Counted from the stretch's first letter, positions 32,161-42,143 are shown. The stretch: 64,000 nucleotides of DNA from a bacterium (GCA_963674965.2 CAXXFL010000001.1:640001-704000), one strand, 5' to 3'. Program-made: numbers and translations. Notes: generated by a model from the letters alone, not told the origin.

Positions 32161-32559
32161 AGCGTAATTCTCCTAATGATAGTTGAATGGTACTTCATTC
32201 AACCCAAAGCCTCTCATCTTCCCAGGCTCGATTATAACAATCTAGTGTCCCCCAAATGCATTTATTTACAGAGGCGCCGCCTGAGCATTTTTTTCTTTCA
32301 AGACCAAGTTTGTCCTGGTTCAGCGGGAAATGGAGTACCCCCGCTTTTGCTAAGTGAGTACGGCCTTCGCACTCACCCTCAAGATTCCGCCCTTCGGGCG
32401 GGAGTTTTAAGAAGGCATTGGGGGTCTATCGTTTGATGAGTTTAGGCCGGGCGCTGAGGGTGTTCCCCAACGCCCTCTCATCAACGCGATGAGCCCCGCC
32501 GGGCTATCCCTCGGCGGGTTGCTCTCCAGCAGTGCCCGCCTCTGTTTCACCCGGCAAGC

Positions 32560-33516
32560 TCAGGCTACTCCAACCGCCAACGCCATGTCAAGCCCGCCGC
32601 GTTCGACCATCCGCCGCCGCTTCCGCTCTTCCCGCGCCGCTTCCAGCTTCAGGTCCCGAGCCGCCCAAATCTCCGCCTCCCGGCCAGCCAGTTTGTCCGC
32701 CGGCGCAATGTAACCGATCGCGCTGTGCAACCGCACGTTGTTGTAATGCTCCACATACTCGCCCACGATCCGTTTGGCCTCATCCAAACTAAGCGGCGTC
32801 TTCGGACGGATGCATTCCTTCTTCAGCGTTTGATACCACCGCTCCTTCTTGCCGTTGCTTTGCGGATAGTACGGCGAGGTCCGAACGTGCGTCATCCCGC
32901 TCACTCGGATGAACTCCTTGAAATCCCGGGCGATGAACTGCGGCCCATTGTCCGAGATGATGCGAGGCCGAGCAGCCGGATACTTCTCCTTCGCCCGCTC
33001 CAGGATCACTTCAACCTCCCACTCCTTCATGCTCTCTCGAATGTCCCAGTGGACCAGGTAGCGGCTTTGGCCGTCAATCACGCTGAACAGGTAATAAAAC
33101 GTCCCGCAAATATTGATGTGGCTCACGTCAATGTGCCAGTGTTCATGCGGCCTTTCGGGCTGCTCGAAACCCGTGCCCTTCAGCGACGGCTGGCCCGAAA
33201 ACCGACCCAGCAAACCCGCTTCCGACAGCACCCGGTAAACGCTCGCCGGAGACACGCATACCAGATTCTCATCAAGCATCATGAACGCCAGCCGGCGGTA
33301 ACCCTCCAGCGGGTGATCGAAATGATAGCGGATGATCGCCTGCTTCTCCCAATCCAAAAGCCAATGGTCCCGAGGGACCTTGCCGTTGTGCTCGTTGGCC
33401 AGGCCGTAGCGCTTCTTCCAGTCGTAGTACTTCGAGCTCGATATCCCCAGCCAATCGATCAGACGGGCCGCCGGAAGCTCCGCGCGGGAAAGCCAGTAGC
33501 CGACGTAGTCAACCAC
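32560..33516 (-). CDS. IS3-family transposase OrfB
   Basis: HWHIDVS, ISDNGPQF, YPQSNGKKER, YNNVRLHSAIGY. Confidence 0.92.
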   Translation of the reverse strand: MVDYVGYWLSRAELPAARLIDWLGISSSKYYDWKKRYGLANEHNGKVPRDHWLLDWEKQAIIRYHFDHPLEGYRRLAFMMLDENLVCVSPASVYRVLSEAGLLGRFSGQPSLKGTGFEQPERPHEHWHIDVSHINICGTFYYLFSVIDGQSRYLVHWDIRESMKEWEVEVILERAKEKYPAARPRIISDNGPQFIARDFKEFIRVSGMTHVRTSPYYPQSNGKKERWYQTLKKECIRPKTPLSLDEAKRIVGEYVEHYNNVRLHSAIGYIAPADKLAGREAEIWAARDLKLEAAREERKRRRMVERGGLDMALAVGVA

Positions 33517-33551
33517 CTCGTCCCGCGTGTCGGGGGGGACCCATGCGGCCC

Positions 33552-33860
33552 TCAGAGGTCCCCAAGCTCTTTTTTTAACTTGACGTGGTCCTCCATCAGC
33601 TCTGAAATCACCTCGTCCTTCTTCCGAAGCTTGGCTTCCAGCGCCTCGATCCGCTCTGCCTCGCGCCGCTCCGGCCGGGAGGGCTGCCGTTCGAAGGCCG
33701 CCGCGCCGTTTTCAAAGAACTGCTTCTGCCAGTTGTAGAACTGGGTCGGCTGAATCCGCTCCTGCTCGCAAAGCTCCGACACTGCCACCTTGTCAACCAG
33801 GTGCCGCCTCAGCACCCGAACCTTCTCCTCCGCCGTAAATCTTCTTCGTCTCCCTTCCAT
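33552..33860 (-). CDS. IS3-family transposase OrfA
   Basis: RRRFTAEEKVRVL HTH; A7G -1 frameshift motif at 33569-33576. Confidence 0.9.
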   Translation of the reverse strand: MEGRRRRFTAEEKVRVLRRHLVDKVAVSELCEQERIQPTQFYNWQKQFFENGAAAFERQPSRPERREAERIEALEAKLRKKDEVISELMEDHVKLKKELGDL

Positions 33861-34119
33861 CGTCCCGCCTCCTTCTCGATATAACTATCCTCGCGGAGGC
33901 GTTCTCCATTTTCAACTGAGGCAGGACAAGTTGAATGATTGTATTATTAACGGCATCAGTGAAATCTGTTCCATCAGTCAGCATTGGCGCTATAATTGAA
34001 CCAAATAAAATTGTATCAGCCACCTGTAATTTTCGGGACCACGTCATTAGATGAAAATCATTAGTGAATTTATCTAGCACATGTGCCATAGCACTTGTAT
34101 TGCATGCTAATAAAATAAT

Positions 34120-35468
34120 GGGTCTTCCCAAGAATCTGTGGGTGTTCTTTGACATAGTTTAGTTGAAAAGCACGGTCGTTTCAGGCTAATAGGGTTATGC
34201 GAAAACAATCCTGAAGCCTGAAGGAGTCGACCGTGCTTGTAGAGAGTCTTGTACGAGAAACGCTTGGCGTCAAGGATCACAAGGTTAAGAGCGTCAGCGG
34301 AGACGCGGCGGGGCTTACGGTTCTTATGGATCGCAAGAAGCTTCGGAAGCTCACCTGCTCTTGTTGCGGCTCTCGATCTTGGGTTTACGACACGCTTGCC
34401 GAGAGGACCTGGCGTCATGTTCCGTTGTGGGGCATCCCCGTGACCATCGTTTACAGCCCGCGCCGGGTGAACTGCCCAAATTGCGGCGTCAAGGTCGAGC
34501 AGGTCCCGTGGGGAATGGGCAAAAGTCGGCTCTCCCTGCCGCTGATCATCGTGCTCGCCGCCTGGGCCAGGCTCCTGGCCGTCGGCGTCGTGGCCGACCT
34601 TTTCGGCTTGAGTTGGTCCACGGTGGGGGCGGCGGTCAAGCACGCGGTGGCTTACGGCCTCGAACACCGCGACGTTTCCGGCGTGCTTTACATCGGGATC
34701 GACGAGGTCTCTCGCAAAAAAGGCCACGTCTATCACACCCAGGTTTACGAGATCGGCAAGAGGCGGCGTCTTTTGTGGTCCGGAGAGGGGCGCAAGAAAG
34801 AGACGCTGGAACGTTTTTTCGATGAACTTGGCGAGGAGGGGGTTGCCGCCATCCAGGGCGTCTGTTGCGACATGTGGGCGCCTTACGTGGACGTCATCAA
34901 GGAGAAGGCGCCCAAGGCGGTCCTTGTTTTTGACAAATTCCACCTTGTCCGCCACTTGAACGACGCCGTGGACAAGGTGAGAAAAAAGGAAGCCGAGAAG
35001 CTCAAGGAAAAGGACCCGGAGCTTTTGAAGGGCACGAAATACATCTGGCTCAAAAACCCCTGGAACCTGACGCCCAAACAGAAACAGCGGCTTGGTTACC
35101 TGGAGAGCATGAACCTTAAGATCAACCGCGCTTACCTTCTCAAGGAGAGCTTCCGTGAATTGTGGTCCTATCAGAGCAAGGGTTGGGCCAAGCGTTATTT
35201 GAACAAGTGGTTCTGGTGGGCGACCCACTCTCGCCTGGAACCGATGCGTGATTTTGCCTGGCTTCTTCGCCGTCATGAGGAAGACGTCCTTAATTGGTTC
35301 AACGTTCCGATCGATAATGGGGCGGTGGAGGCAATGAACAACAACGCCAAGGCCATCAGTCACCGAGCCAGAGGTTACAGGAGCGAAAAATGGTTCACCC
35401 TGATACAATTACATTGCCTGGGTCAAATGCCCATGCCGGAATCCACCCACAGATTTGCGTAAGGAGCC
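34120..35468 (+). mobile_element. ISL3-family insertion sequence
   Basis: IRs GGGTCTTCCCAAGAATCTGTGGGTG / GGCTCCTTACGCAAATCTGTGGGTG; flanks do not form a target duplication. Confidence 0.9.
34233..35462 (+). CDS. ISL3-family transposase
   Basis: Zinc finger (CSCCG, CPNCG), IGIDE, CDMWAPY, FDKFH, NGAVEAMN, ARGYR. Confidence 0.93.
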   Translation: MLVESLVRETLGVKDHKVKSVSGDAAGLTVLMDRKKLRKLTCSCCGSRSWVYDTLAERTWRHVPLWGIPVTIVYSPRRVNCPNCGVKVEQVPWGMGKSRLSLPLIIVLAAWARLLAVGVVADLFGLSWSTVGAAVKHAVAYGLEHRDVSGVLYIGIDEVSRKKGHVYHTQVYEIGKRRRLLWSGEGRKKETLERFFDELGEEGVAAIQGVCCDMWAPYVDVIKEKAPKAVLVFDKFHLVRHLNDAVDKVRKKEAEKLKEKDPELLKGTKYIWLKNPWNLTPKQKQRLGYLESMNLKINRAYLLKESFRELWSYQSKGWAKRYLNKWFWWATHSRLEPMRDFAWLLRRHEEDVLNWFNVPIDNGAVEAMNNNAKAISHRARGYRSEKWFTLIQLHCLGQMPMPESTHRFA

Positions 35469-35596
35469 AGATTTTTTTCTCCAGCCAATAATGCCCCTAA
35501 TCAAAATCTAACGTTTTTTTGACTCCTTACGGCTTGACAAGTGAAAAAGCGGCCTTAAACTCTTGGTATATTCAAAAAAGAAAGGAGAAAGAAAAG

Positions 35597-35776
35597 ATGG
35601 CGGACGAAAAATCATTCAAGGGAAGCAAGACGAATTTTGTTTGGGTCAAGGACAGGGCTGGAAACGAGTTCCTCTGCCCGGCCGGTTCTCTAAAGGATCC
35701 CAAGGACGCTACTGAGGCCGAGTTGGCCAACTGCGTTGACGACGCTACGGCGAGCGTGAACCCCAGAGGCGGATAA
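35597..35776 (+). CDS. Small hypothetical protein (59 aa)
   Basis: TTGACA-16-TAAACT promoter (35534-35561), AAGGAG RBS, downstream hairpin; FVWVKDRAGNEFLCP. Confidence 0.7.
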   Translation: MADEKSFKGSKTNFVWVKDRAGNEFLCPAGSLKDPKDATEAELANCVDDATASVNPRGG

Positions 35777-35798
35777 TACAAAAGAGAGATAACCCGGC

Positions 35799-35829
35799 CG
35801 AGTCTTGGAGAACTTGTTTCCAAGACTCG
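35799..35829 (+). terminator. Stem-loop after the small ORF
   Basis: CGAGTCTTGG...CCAAGACTCG stem of at least 10 bp. Confidence 0.55.
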
Positions 35830-36378
35830 TATTAATATTCCGGGAAAACCAGTCCGAAAAATCTCGAGTAGTCGGCTGAGTGCCCGGTTGCACGGGGTGG
35901 ACAATGCAATATTGTCCCCAATATTGCGTGGGCGGCGAAGCCCCGGGCTGATCGCTTCCGACGCCAATCGTATTGAAAGGCCTTTTTCAAGTGGAGGAGC
36001 TAAAAACAATCCGTACACATTATTTTAGAAATAGCAATACTCAGCCCTTGGCTACGCCACCAATGCATTTTGTAAAAATGCATGATGGGCCACCCTCGAT
36101 CGATTGTTTATGGTATATCTCACAATCTAATCTCTATAACAACGGATACTCAAGCGCCCGATGACCTGTTTCCCCAAGCGGGACGCCCGCGGTTTTTTCA
36201 AAACCTTGTGCGCCACCCGCCAAATGAAGATGGAAGATTCTCTAAACCTTTCCAGTGGAAAAGTCGCGCGCACCATCCACGGCTTGACCGGTTCGACTTG
36301 AACGTATATACAAGGTGGGAGAGGATGGATCAGCGTTCGTGATTTGACTTTAGCCGGCTTAAGGAAGGAGAGGAGAAG

Positions 36379-37566
36379 ATGAGACCTATATCCAGACGAG
36401 ACGCGATGAAGATGGGAGGGGCCGTAGCGGGAGCCGCCGCGATTTCTCCGCGGGTGGCGGCGGCGAGAAAAGAGCTTGACGCGGACCTTTACATTTTTCC
36501 GCCCGAGGGGCAGGACGGGAAGCGGGTGATCGAGCCGCCCCCTCCGTCCATCGTCGAGGACGGCAAAATACGGCTCGGCCATTTCACCGAGCCCTGCCGA
36601 GACATGAACCTTCTCGAGGCAAAGCTTTTCAAGGGAGGCGAGTTGACCGTCTCGGGCCGTCCCCGGCTGCAGGAATGGGTCGGCTTCGGCATGGTCCATG
36701 ACGAATGGTACTTCGGCTCCATCATCATGGACTTCAAGCTCCTTACCATCGCCAGCGTCTACGCTATAAACCGCAAGACCGGCGACTACTTCTCCCATGG
36801 CGGCTACGACGGCGGCGGCGACTCGCGCGTGGCCAAAACCACCTGGAACGACTCGACCTATATGCGCAAGAAGAACTTTTATCTCGAGTACCAGCACGAC
36901 CTAGGCCGCGGCCGCCACCTGATCATGATCGATATCAAGGGATCGGGCAAGAAGCCGGCCCTCAAGGGCGAACTGACCTTGAGCGAGGACCTCGATCACT
37001 TTCAGCCCCAGGTCATCAGCATGCCGTCGCCTCCAAAAAATTACATGTACACCCACAAGGCCAAGATGCCAACCGAGGGATACGTGACGGTGGGCGACCA
37101 AAGGCTTGAATATGCGCCCGAGCGCAACTTCTGCAATATGGACGAGCATAAGAGCTTCCCTCCCATGCCCGCGAGTTGGACTTGGGGCACGGCCGGCGGC
37201 AAAAGCGACGACGGGACCTTCATGGCCCTGAACGTATCCGACAACTCGATGATGGACGCCGAAAAGTGGAACGAGAACTGCGTCTGGGTGGACGGCAAGA
37301 TTTCCCTTCTCGGTCCGGTCGAGTGGGAGCACGACCCTAAAAATACCATGAAGCCCTGGCGGGTCCGGGAAAGGACCGGCAGGATGGAGGCGGAGTTTAT
37401 ACCAGAGGGGGGCAAGACCTTGAACCTCAGCCCCATCGGGATCAAGTATTACCAGAAATGCGGCGTTTTCTCGGGCTTCCTGATTGGTGACGACGGGGTA
37501 AAGAGGACGTTCAAGGATTTCTACGGCCCGGCCGAGAACGGGGCCTTCTTCAAGAAGAACGGATGA
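36379..37566 (+). CDS. Tat-exported DUF2804-like protein
   Basis: SRRDAMK twin-arginine signal; YTHK, WTWG, NENCVWVDG, PWRV pattern. Confidence 0.7.
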   Translation: MRPISRRDAMKMGGAVAGAAAISPRVAAARKELDADLYIFPPEGQDGKRVIEPPPPSIVEDGKIRLGHFTEPCRDMNLLEAKLFKGGELTVSGRPRLQEWVGFGMVHDEWYFGSIIMDFKLLTIASVYAINRKTGDYFSHGGYDGGGDSRVAKTTWNDSTYMRKKNFYLEYQHDLGRGRHLIMIDIKGSGKKPALKGELTLSEDLDHFQPQVISMPSPPKNYMYTHKAKMPTEGYVTVGDQRLEYAPERNFCNMDEHKSFPPMPASWTWGTAGGKSDDGTFMALNVSDNSMMDAEKWNENCVWVDGKISLLGPVEWEHDPKNTMKPWRVRERTGRMEAEFIPEGGKTLNLSPIGIKYYQKCGVFSGFLIGDDGVKRTFKDFYGPAENGAFFKKNG

Positions 37567-37577
37567 GGGGGGCCGGC

Positions 37578-37910
37578 TCAGCCCGCGATGGGGGATGAGT
37601 ACTCGGTCCCGTCCTCCTCGAAGGCGGTCACGCGGTTGAAGAGCTTAAGGCGGCCGCAGTCATAGGAGCAGTAAAAGGCCAGGGCCTCGCCCGGCTCGAT
37701 GGTCTGGACTCCGTGGGGGAAGAGGTAATCGATCATCTCTTTTCCGTGGGGTCCCTCGAGGAGGACCATGCTTTGCAGCCTGACCCTTTCGTCGCCCGAG
37801 TTACGGGCCGTGACCTCGAGGTTCATGCCGTTCATGGAACAGCACTTCATCTCCAGCACGTCCTCCACGAGGGAGTCCCGGTATAGTACTATCTGGACCG
37901 ACTTGGCCAT
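37578..37910 (-). CDS. Hypothetical protein
   Basis: 110-aa ORF directly downstream of the acyl-CoA dehydrogenase, same strand. Confidence 0.55.
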   Translation of the reverse strand: MAKSVQIVLYRDSLVEDVLEMKCCSMNGMNLEVTARNSGDERVRLQSMVLLEGPHGKEMIDYLFPHGVQTIEPGEALAFYCSYDCGRLKLFNRVTAFEEDGTEYSSPIAG

Positions 37911-37966
37911 TGGGGTAGGTAAAGATGGGAACGCCCCGAAGGCCGAGGCGTTCCCTCTCGATCGGA

Positions 37967-39112
37967 TCAGGCCAGCTTGGTGCGGCTGATGATTTCCTTC
38001 ATGATCTCGTTGGTGCCGGCGAAAATGGCCTGGACCCGGCAGTCGCGGTAAGCGCGGGCAATGGGATATTCCTCCATGTATCCGTAGCCGCCGAAGAACT
38101 GGAGGCACTCGTCCACGATCCTCTTAAGCTGGTCCGTGGTCCAGTACTTGGCCATGGCCGTCTCGACGTCCACGTTCTTGTGTTCCATATGGGCCTTCAC
38201 GAGCTGGTCCACGAAGACCTGGCTCATCTCGGCGATGGTGTACATCTCCGCCATTTTGAATCGAGTGTTCTGGAAACGACCGATGGGACGGCCGAAAGCC
38301 TTGCGCTCGTTGATATATTCCTTGGTTAGCGAAAGGGCGCGCCATATTCCCGCGATGCATCCCACCGAGCAGACCAGCCTCTCCTGCTGTAGTTCCATCA
38401 TGAGTTGGAGGAACCCCTGGCCCTCCTGCCCGAGCAGGTTGGACTTGGGCACGCGGCAGTCCTCGAAGCTGAGCTCGGCCGTGTCCTGCGAGTGCCAGCC
38501 GATCTTCTCCAGGTTCTGGCCCTTTTTATAGCCGGGCGTCCCGGCCTCGATGACCAGAAGCGACAAGCCCTTGTAGGCGGGCTCGGCCTTGGTATCGGTT
38601 TTGACGGCCACGACCACCAGGTCGTTAAGGATGCCGTTACTGATAAAGGTCTTCTGTCCGTTGACGATGTAATGGTCGCCGTCGGACTCGGCGGTGGCGC
38701 GGATGGCCTGAAGGTCCGAGCCGGCGTCGGGCTCGGTCATGGCCACGGCGGTGATGATCTCGCCGGTGCAACAGCCGGGGAGCCATTTCTTCTTTTGTTC
38801 CTCGTTGCCGAAGTTCGAGATGTAGGGCACGACCACGTCGGAATGAAGATTGAGAGCGAAACCCGTTACTCCGTAATTGGCCAACTCCTCGATCTGGATG
38901 ACGGAATAAAGGAAGTCCACGCCCAGGCCCCCGTATTCCTCGGGCAGCCAGGGACAGACGAACCCGTTCTCGCCCGCCTTGGTCCAGATGTCGCGGTCTA
39001 CTATCCCCTTCTTTTCCCACTCCTCGTACTTGGGAACGATTTCCCTCTCGATGAACTTCCTGAACTGTTCGCGGAACATCTCATGTTCTTGCGTGAATAG
39101 GCCCCTTTCCAT
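37967..39112 (-). CDS. Acyl-CoA dehydrogenase (long-chain type)
   Basis: AMTEPDAGSD, NGQKTFISNG, ERKAFG, GGYGYMEEYPIARAYRD, GTNEIM. Confidence 0.95.
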   Translation of the reverse strand: MERGLFTQEHEMFREQFRKFIEREIVPKYEEWEKKGIVDRDIWTKAGENGFVCPWLPEEYGGLGVDFLYSVIQIEELANYGVTGFALNLHSDVVVPYISNFGNEEQKKKWLPGCCTGEIITAVAMTEPDAGSDLQAIRATAESDGDHYIVNGQKTFISNGILNDLVVVAVKTDTKAEPAYKGLSLLVIEAGTPGYKKGQNLEKIGWHSQDTAELSFEDCRVPKSNLLGQEGQGFLQLMMELQQERLVCSVGCIAGIWRALSLTKEYINERKAFGRPIGRFQNTRFKMAEMYTIAEMSQVFVDQLVKAHMEHKNVDVETAMAKYWTTDQLKRIVDECLQFFGGYGYMEEYPIARAYRDCRVQAIFAGTNEIMKEIISRTKLA

Positions 39113-39614
39113 ATTGCACCTCCTAATGAATTGCCGTTCAGTTTCAAATAACGAACGTTACATATACCACGCCAAAAGGACCGTTTCAAATGAAAAATGA
39201 AGGCAACGCTGAAAAAACCAAGATTTGAGAGATAGAGGAAAGAAAGCCGTTCTGAGTCCAGATAATTGGCCCCAATGAAGAGTCACTCAGAAAATTTTAC
39301 GCTTGCCTCTTTATCCAAATGCCAAGATAGGCTACATTGAAGCGTATTGATCTCGATCGGCGGATGAACCGATAAAGAAATTTACGGAAGACTACGTTAG
39401 CGGAAAATTGCGAGGATGAGAGAGCAATAAACGATTTGAAGTTTTCTTTTGACGTCCGGGTTAAAGTTTTTAACCTGGCCTCGGGTTTGGCAAAGGATAA
39501 GGCCTTTTCCTTTACTAAACAAACCGTTTGTTTACAGGATTTTAAAATAAGTCCTGTGGCCGAAAAACGGCGCGAGGCAATGCCCCGCGCCGCCTGATTG
39601 ACTTGGATTGGTCC

Positions 39615-42143
39615 CTAGCCCGCTTTGGTCTCCTTCTTCGCGGCCCCTTTTCTCACCAGCGTCAGGGCCAGAATGACGATGAAAAACACCGCCGCGTTGC
39701 CGAAGAAGTCCCTGGCGCTCCAGCTCGATGCGTCGCTCATCATGCAACTGAGGTTAACGCTTCCGCCGGGGGAGTACCTCGAGCCGACCGCGAAAAGGGA
39801 AGCCTTGTCCGTCACGCCCGCCACCAGGTTGCCGTCACCGTCCTTGTTCGTGATGAGCTGGACCCAGTCCTGGGAGTCCTCGTCGTAGCGGTAAACGACC
39901 AGGTTGTCCTCGGCGGCCGTCGTGCCGTCAACAACGCCGTCGTCGTCCTCGTCCTTGTAAGAGATGACGATCGTCCCGTTGACCCCGCCAAGGTCGGTCT
40001 GGCCGTTCGTGAGAAGGACCTTTTTGAACTCCCCGAAATAGCCCGGCGTGGGGGAGGGAAGGTCCGAGTACTTCTCGGCGAGGCCAGCCGTGAGAACCAC
40101 CGCCGCGTCGCCGGAGATGGCCGCGCCGGAAATCTCGATCGAGGCGTACCCGTCGAAATTAAGCTCGGCGAAGACGGTGGAGGAATCCAGGGCGCGGCTC
40201 CCCGCCTGGTTGGCCGTCGAGACCTCGTATTCGTCCATGGAGTTCCGCGCAACGCCGGGCGCCGCCTCGGCCGGGATGAACTCGACCAGGAGGACCAGGT
40301 CATCGAAGTCCCAGTCCGACTGGCCCACGGGAAGGTCCTCGAAGCCGATGGTGTAGGTAAAGGCGTCCTGGCGCGACACGCGGGCGTACATCGAGTCCGA
40401 GTAGTGGTCGTAAACGCCAAGGCCCCAGGACTCGGCGTGGACCCGGATGAAGAAGTTCACCGTCTCGCCCGAGAGCACGGTGGTGGTCACCACCTTGCCC
40501 ACGTGCTTCAAGCTGTTTTTGATAAGGCGCTCCTCGATGGGCTCGGAAATCCAGACCTCGGAGGAGAGGGCGGCCGAGGCCTCGAGCAGGGTGGCCTTGA
40601 TCTTCCACTCGCCGCTGGGGGTGACTATTTGCCGGCAGCCTTCCTGGTCGGAGGGGTCGAGCGGGTCGGCCCCCGAGCAGACCTCCTCCCCGTCGAAAAC
40701 GCAGTCCCCGTCCGTGTCGGGATTAAGCGGGTCGGTGTAATAAATCCCCGTCTCCTCGCCGTCGGTCAGTCCGTCCCTGTCCGTGTCGCCCGTGGCCTCG
40801 AGCCGGCAGATGGACGAGCACCCGTCGCCGTCCGCCGTGTTCCCGTCGTCGCAGTTCTCGCCCCGCCCGATGCGGAAGTCGCCGCAGACGGGGAACTGGT
40901 AGTAGTTGTGGTTGAAGGTGGGAACGAGGCAATTGTCCTCCATAACCGAGCTTAACACGTCCGGCATGCCATCCAGGTTAAGGTCGATGACCAGACCCAT
41001 GCCGGGTTCCTCGTTTCCGGACACCGTGTAATACTTGACGTCCTTGAACCATCCGGCGCCGTCGCCGAGCAGGACCCGCATCTGGCTATAGTAGCGCGAG
41101 CGCACGGTGACGTCCTCGTTGCCGTCGTTATCGAGGTCGCCCTGGTCCATTCTGTAGCCGTAGTGTCCCGTGTCCTCGGCGGTGGAAAGAACGAAGATTC
41201 CGTTCCCCTGGTTTTTATAGGCGCGAACGAGGCTTCCGCCTGAGGTTACCACGTCCTTGTGGCCGTCATGGTCGAGGTCGATCACGCTAATGCCCGAAAT
41301 ATAGCGGTCGGAGTCCAGGGTCTGACTTAAAGAGGGGCCGGCTGACGTTCCGAAGTAGATTTTCAGGGACGGGCTGCCATAGGTTTGTGAGCTCGATCCC
41401 AGGATAAGGTCGTTGTAGCCGTCATTGTTTAAATCCGCAATGGCCGAGACCATGGTGTCTCCACCCGTGCTGATCGAGGAGTCCTGGGTAAAGTTGCCCG
41501 TCCCGTCACCGTGGTAAATCACGAAAACGTGAGTGTAGCGCGTGCCCACCACTATGTCCTCGAAGCCGTCATTATTGACGTCTCCCACTGAAACGGACCA
41601 GGGCCGGTCGCCGGGAATGAAGATATTGGCCAGAGTAAGAGTTCCGTCGCCGTTTCCGAAAAAGATATGCATCTGGTCGGAGTTGGCGTCCACCGTCACT
41701 ATATCGGCGAAATGATCGCCGTTGAGATTGCCCGAGGCCATCCAATACAAGTAACTGCCCATGGTATGCTGGTAGGTTGGGACAAGTACCCCGCCGGCGC
41801 TCATCAGGTAGACGTTAAGGTAAGCCGAAGAAGCCGTGCCCACCACCAGGTCTTCCAGTCCGTCGTTGTTTAGATCGACCGCCAACATTGGCCTTGGTTC
41901 TTGTCCAGAGTAGGTGATAATCGGACCCTCGACGACCATGTCGAAGGATTCCGTGCAGTCACCGGCGCAGCCGTCTCCGGGCAAGAGGTTGCCGTCGTCG
42001 CACTCCTCCCCCGGATCGAGTATGCCGTCGCCGCAAGCGTTGACGCCGCAGGTCGATGCCCTGGCCGAGGGAATCGAGAAGAAAAACACTATCGCCATAA
42101 CCATGGCGATTACCGAGAAAGGAAGAAATCTTTGCATTTTCAT
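39615..42143 (-). CDS. Secreted/surface protein: Myxococcus Cys-rich repeats, FG-GAP propeller, Ca-binding repeats, DUF4114-like motif, C-terminal anchor
   Basis: CGDG..DPGEECDDGN...GDGC twice; DLNNDGxxD repeats; DTDRDGLTDGEE; GFEDL...DWDFDD; Cys-TM-basic C-terminus. Confidence 0.82.
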   Translation of the reverse strand: MKMQRFLPFSVIAMVMAIVFFFSIPSARASTCGVNACGDGILDPGEECDDGNLLPGDGCAGDCTESFDMVVEGPIITYSGQEPRPMLAVDLNNDGLEDLVVGTASSAYLNVYLMSAGGVLVPTYQHTMGSYLYWMASGNLNGDHFADIVTVDANSDQMHIFFGNGDGTLTLANIFIPGDRPWSVSVGDVNNDGFEDIVVGTRYTHVFVIYHGDGTGNFTQDSSISTGGDTMVSAIADLNNDGYNDLILGSSSQTYGSPSLKIYFGTSAGPSLSQTLDSDRYISGISVIDLDHDGHKDVVTSGGSLVRAYKNQGNGIFVLSTAEDTGHYGYRMDQGDLDNDGNEDVTVRSRYYSQMRVLLGDGAGWFKDVKYYTVSGNEEPGMGLVIDLNLDGMPDVLSSVMEDNCLVPTFNHNYYQFPVCGDFRIGRGENCDDGNTADGDGCSSICRLEATGDTDRDGLTDGEETGIYYTDPLNPDTDGDCVFDGEEVCSGADPLDPSDQEGCRQIVTPSGEWKIKATLLEASAALSSEVWISEPIEERLIKNSLKHVGKVVTTTVLSGETVNFFIRVHAESWGLGVYDHYSDSMYARVSRQDAFTYTIGFEDLPVGQSDWDFDDLVLLVEFIPAEAAPGVARNSMDEYEVSTANQAGSRALDSSTVFAELNFDGYASIEISGAAISGDAAVVLTAGLAEKYSDLPSPTPGYFGEFKKVLLTNGQTDLGGVNGTIVISYKDEDDDGVVDGTTAAEDNLVVYRYDEDSQDWVQLITNKDGDGNLVAGVTDKASLFAVGSRYSPGGSVNLSCMMSDASSWSARDFFGNAAVFFIVILALTLVRKGAAKKETKAG

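Larger units (their letters stand above)
32311..33928 (-). mobile_element. IS3-family insertion sequence
   Basis: IRs TGTCCTGGTTCAGCGGGAAATGGAG / TGTCCTGCCTCAGTTGAAAATGGAG; AGTT duplication (32307-32310, 33929-33932). Confidence 0.93.
32195..34119 (-). pseudogene. Caspase-like toxin-tip remnant, interrupted by IS3 and 5'-truncated by ISL3
   Basis: IS excision gives IILLACNTS...LMTW...DAVNNTIIQL|GLERKKC...DCYNRAWEDERLWVE*; aligns with the RHS tip at 45569-47192. Confidence 0.7.
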
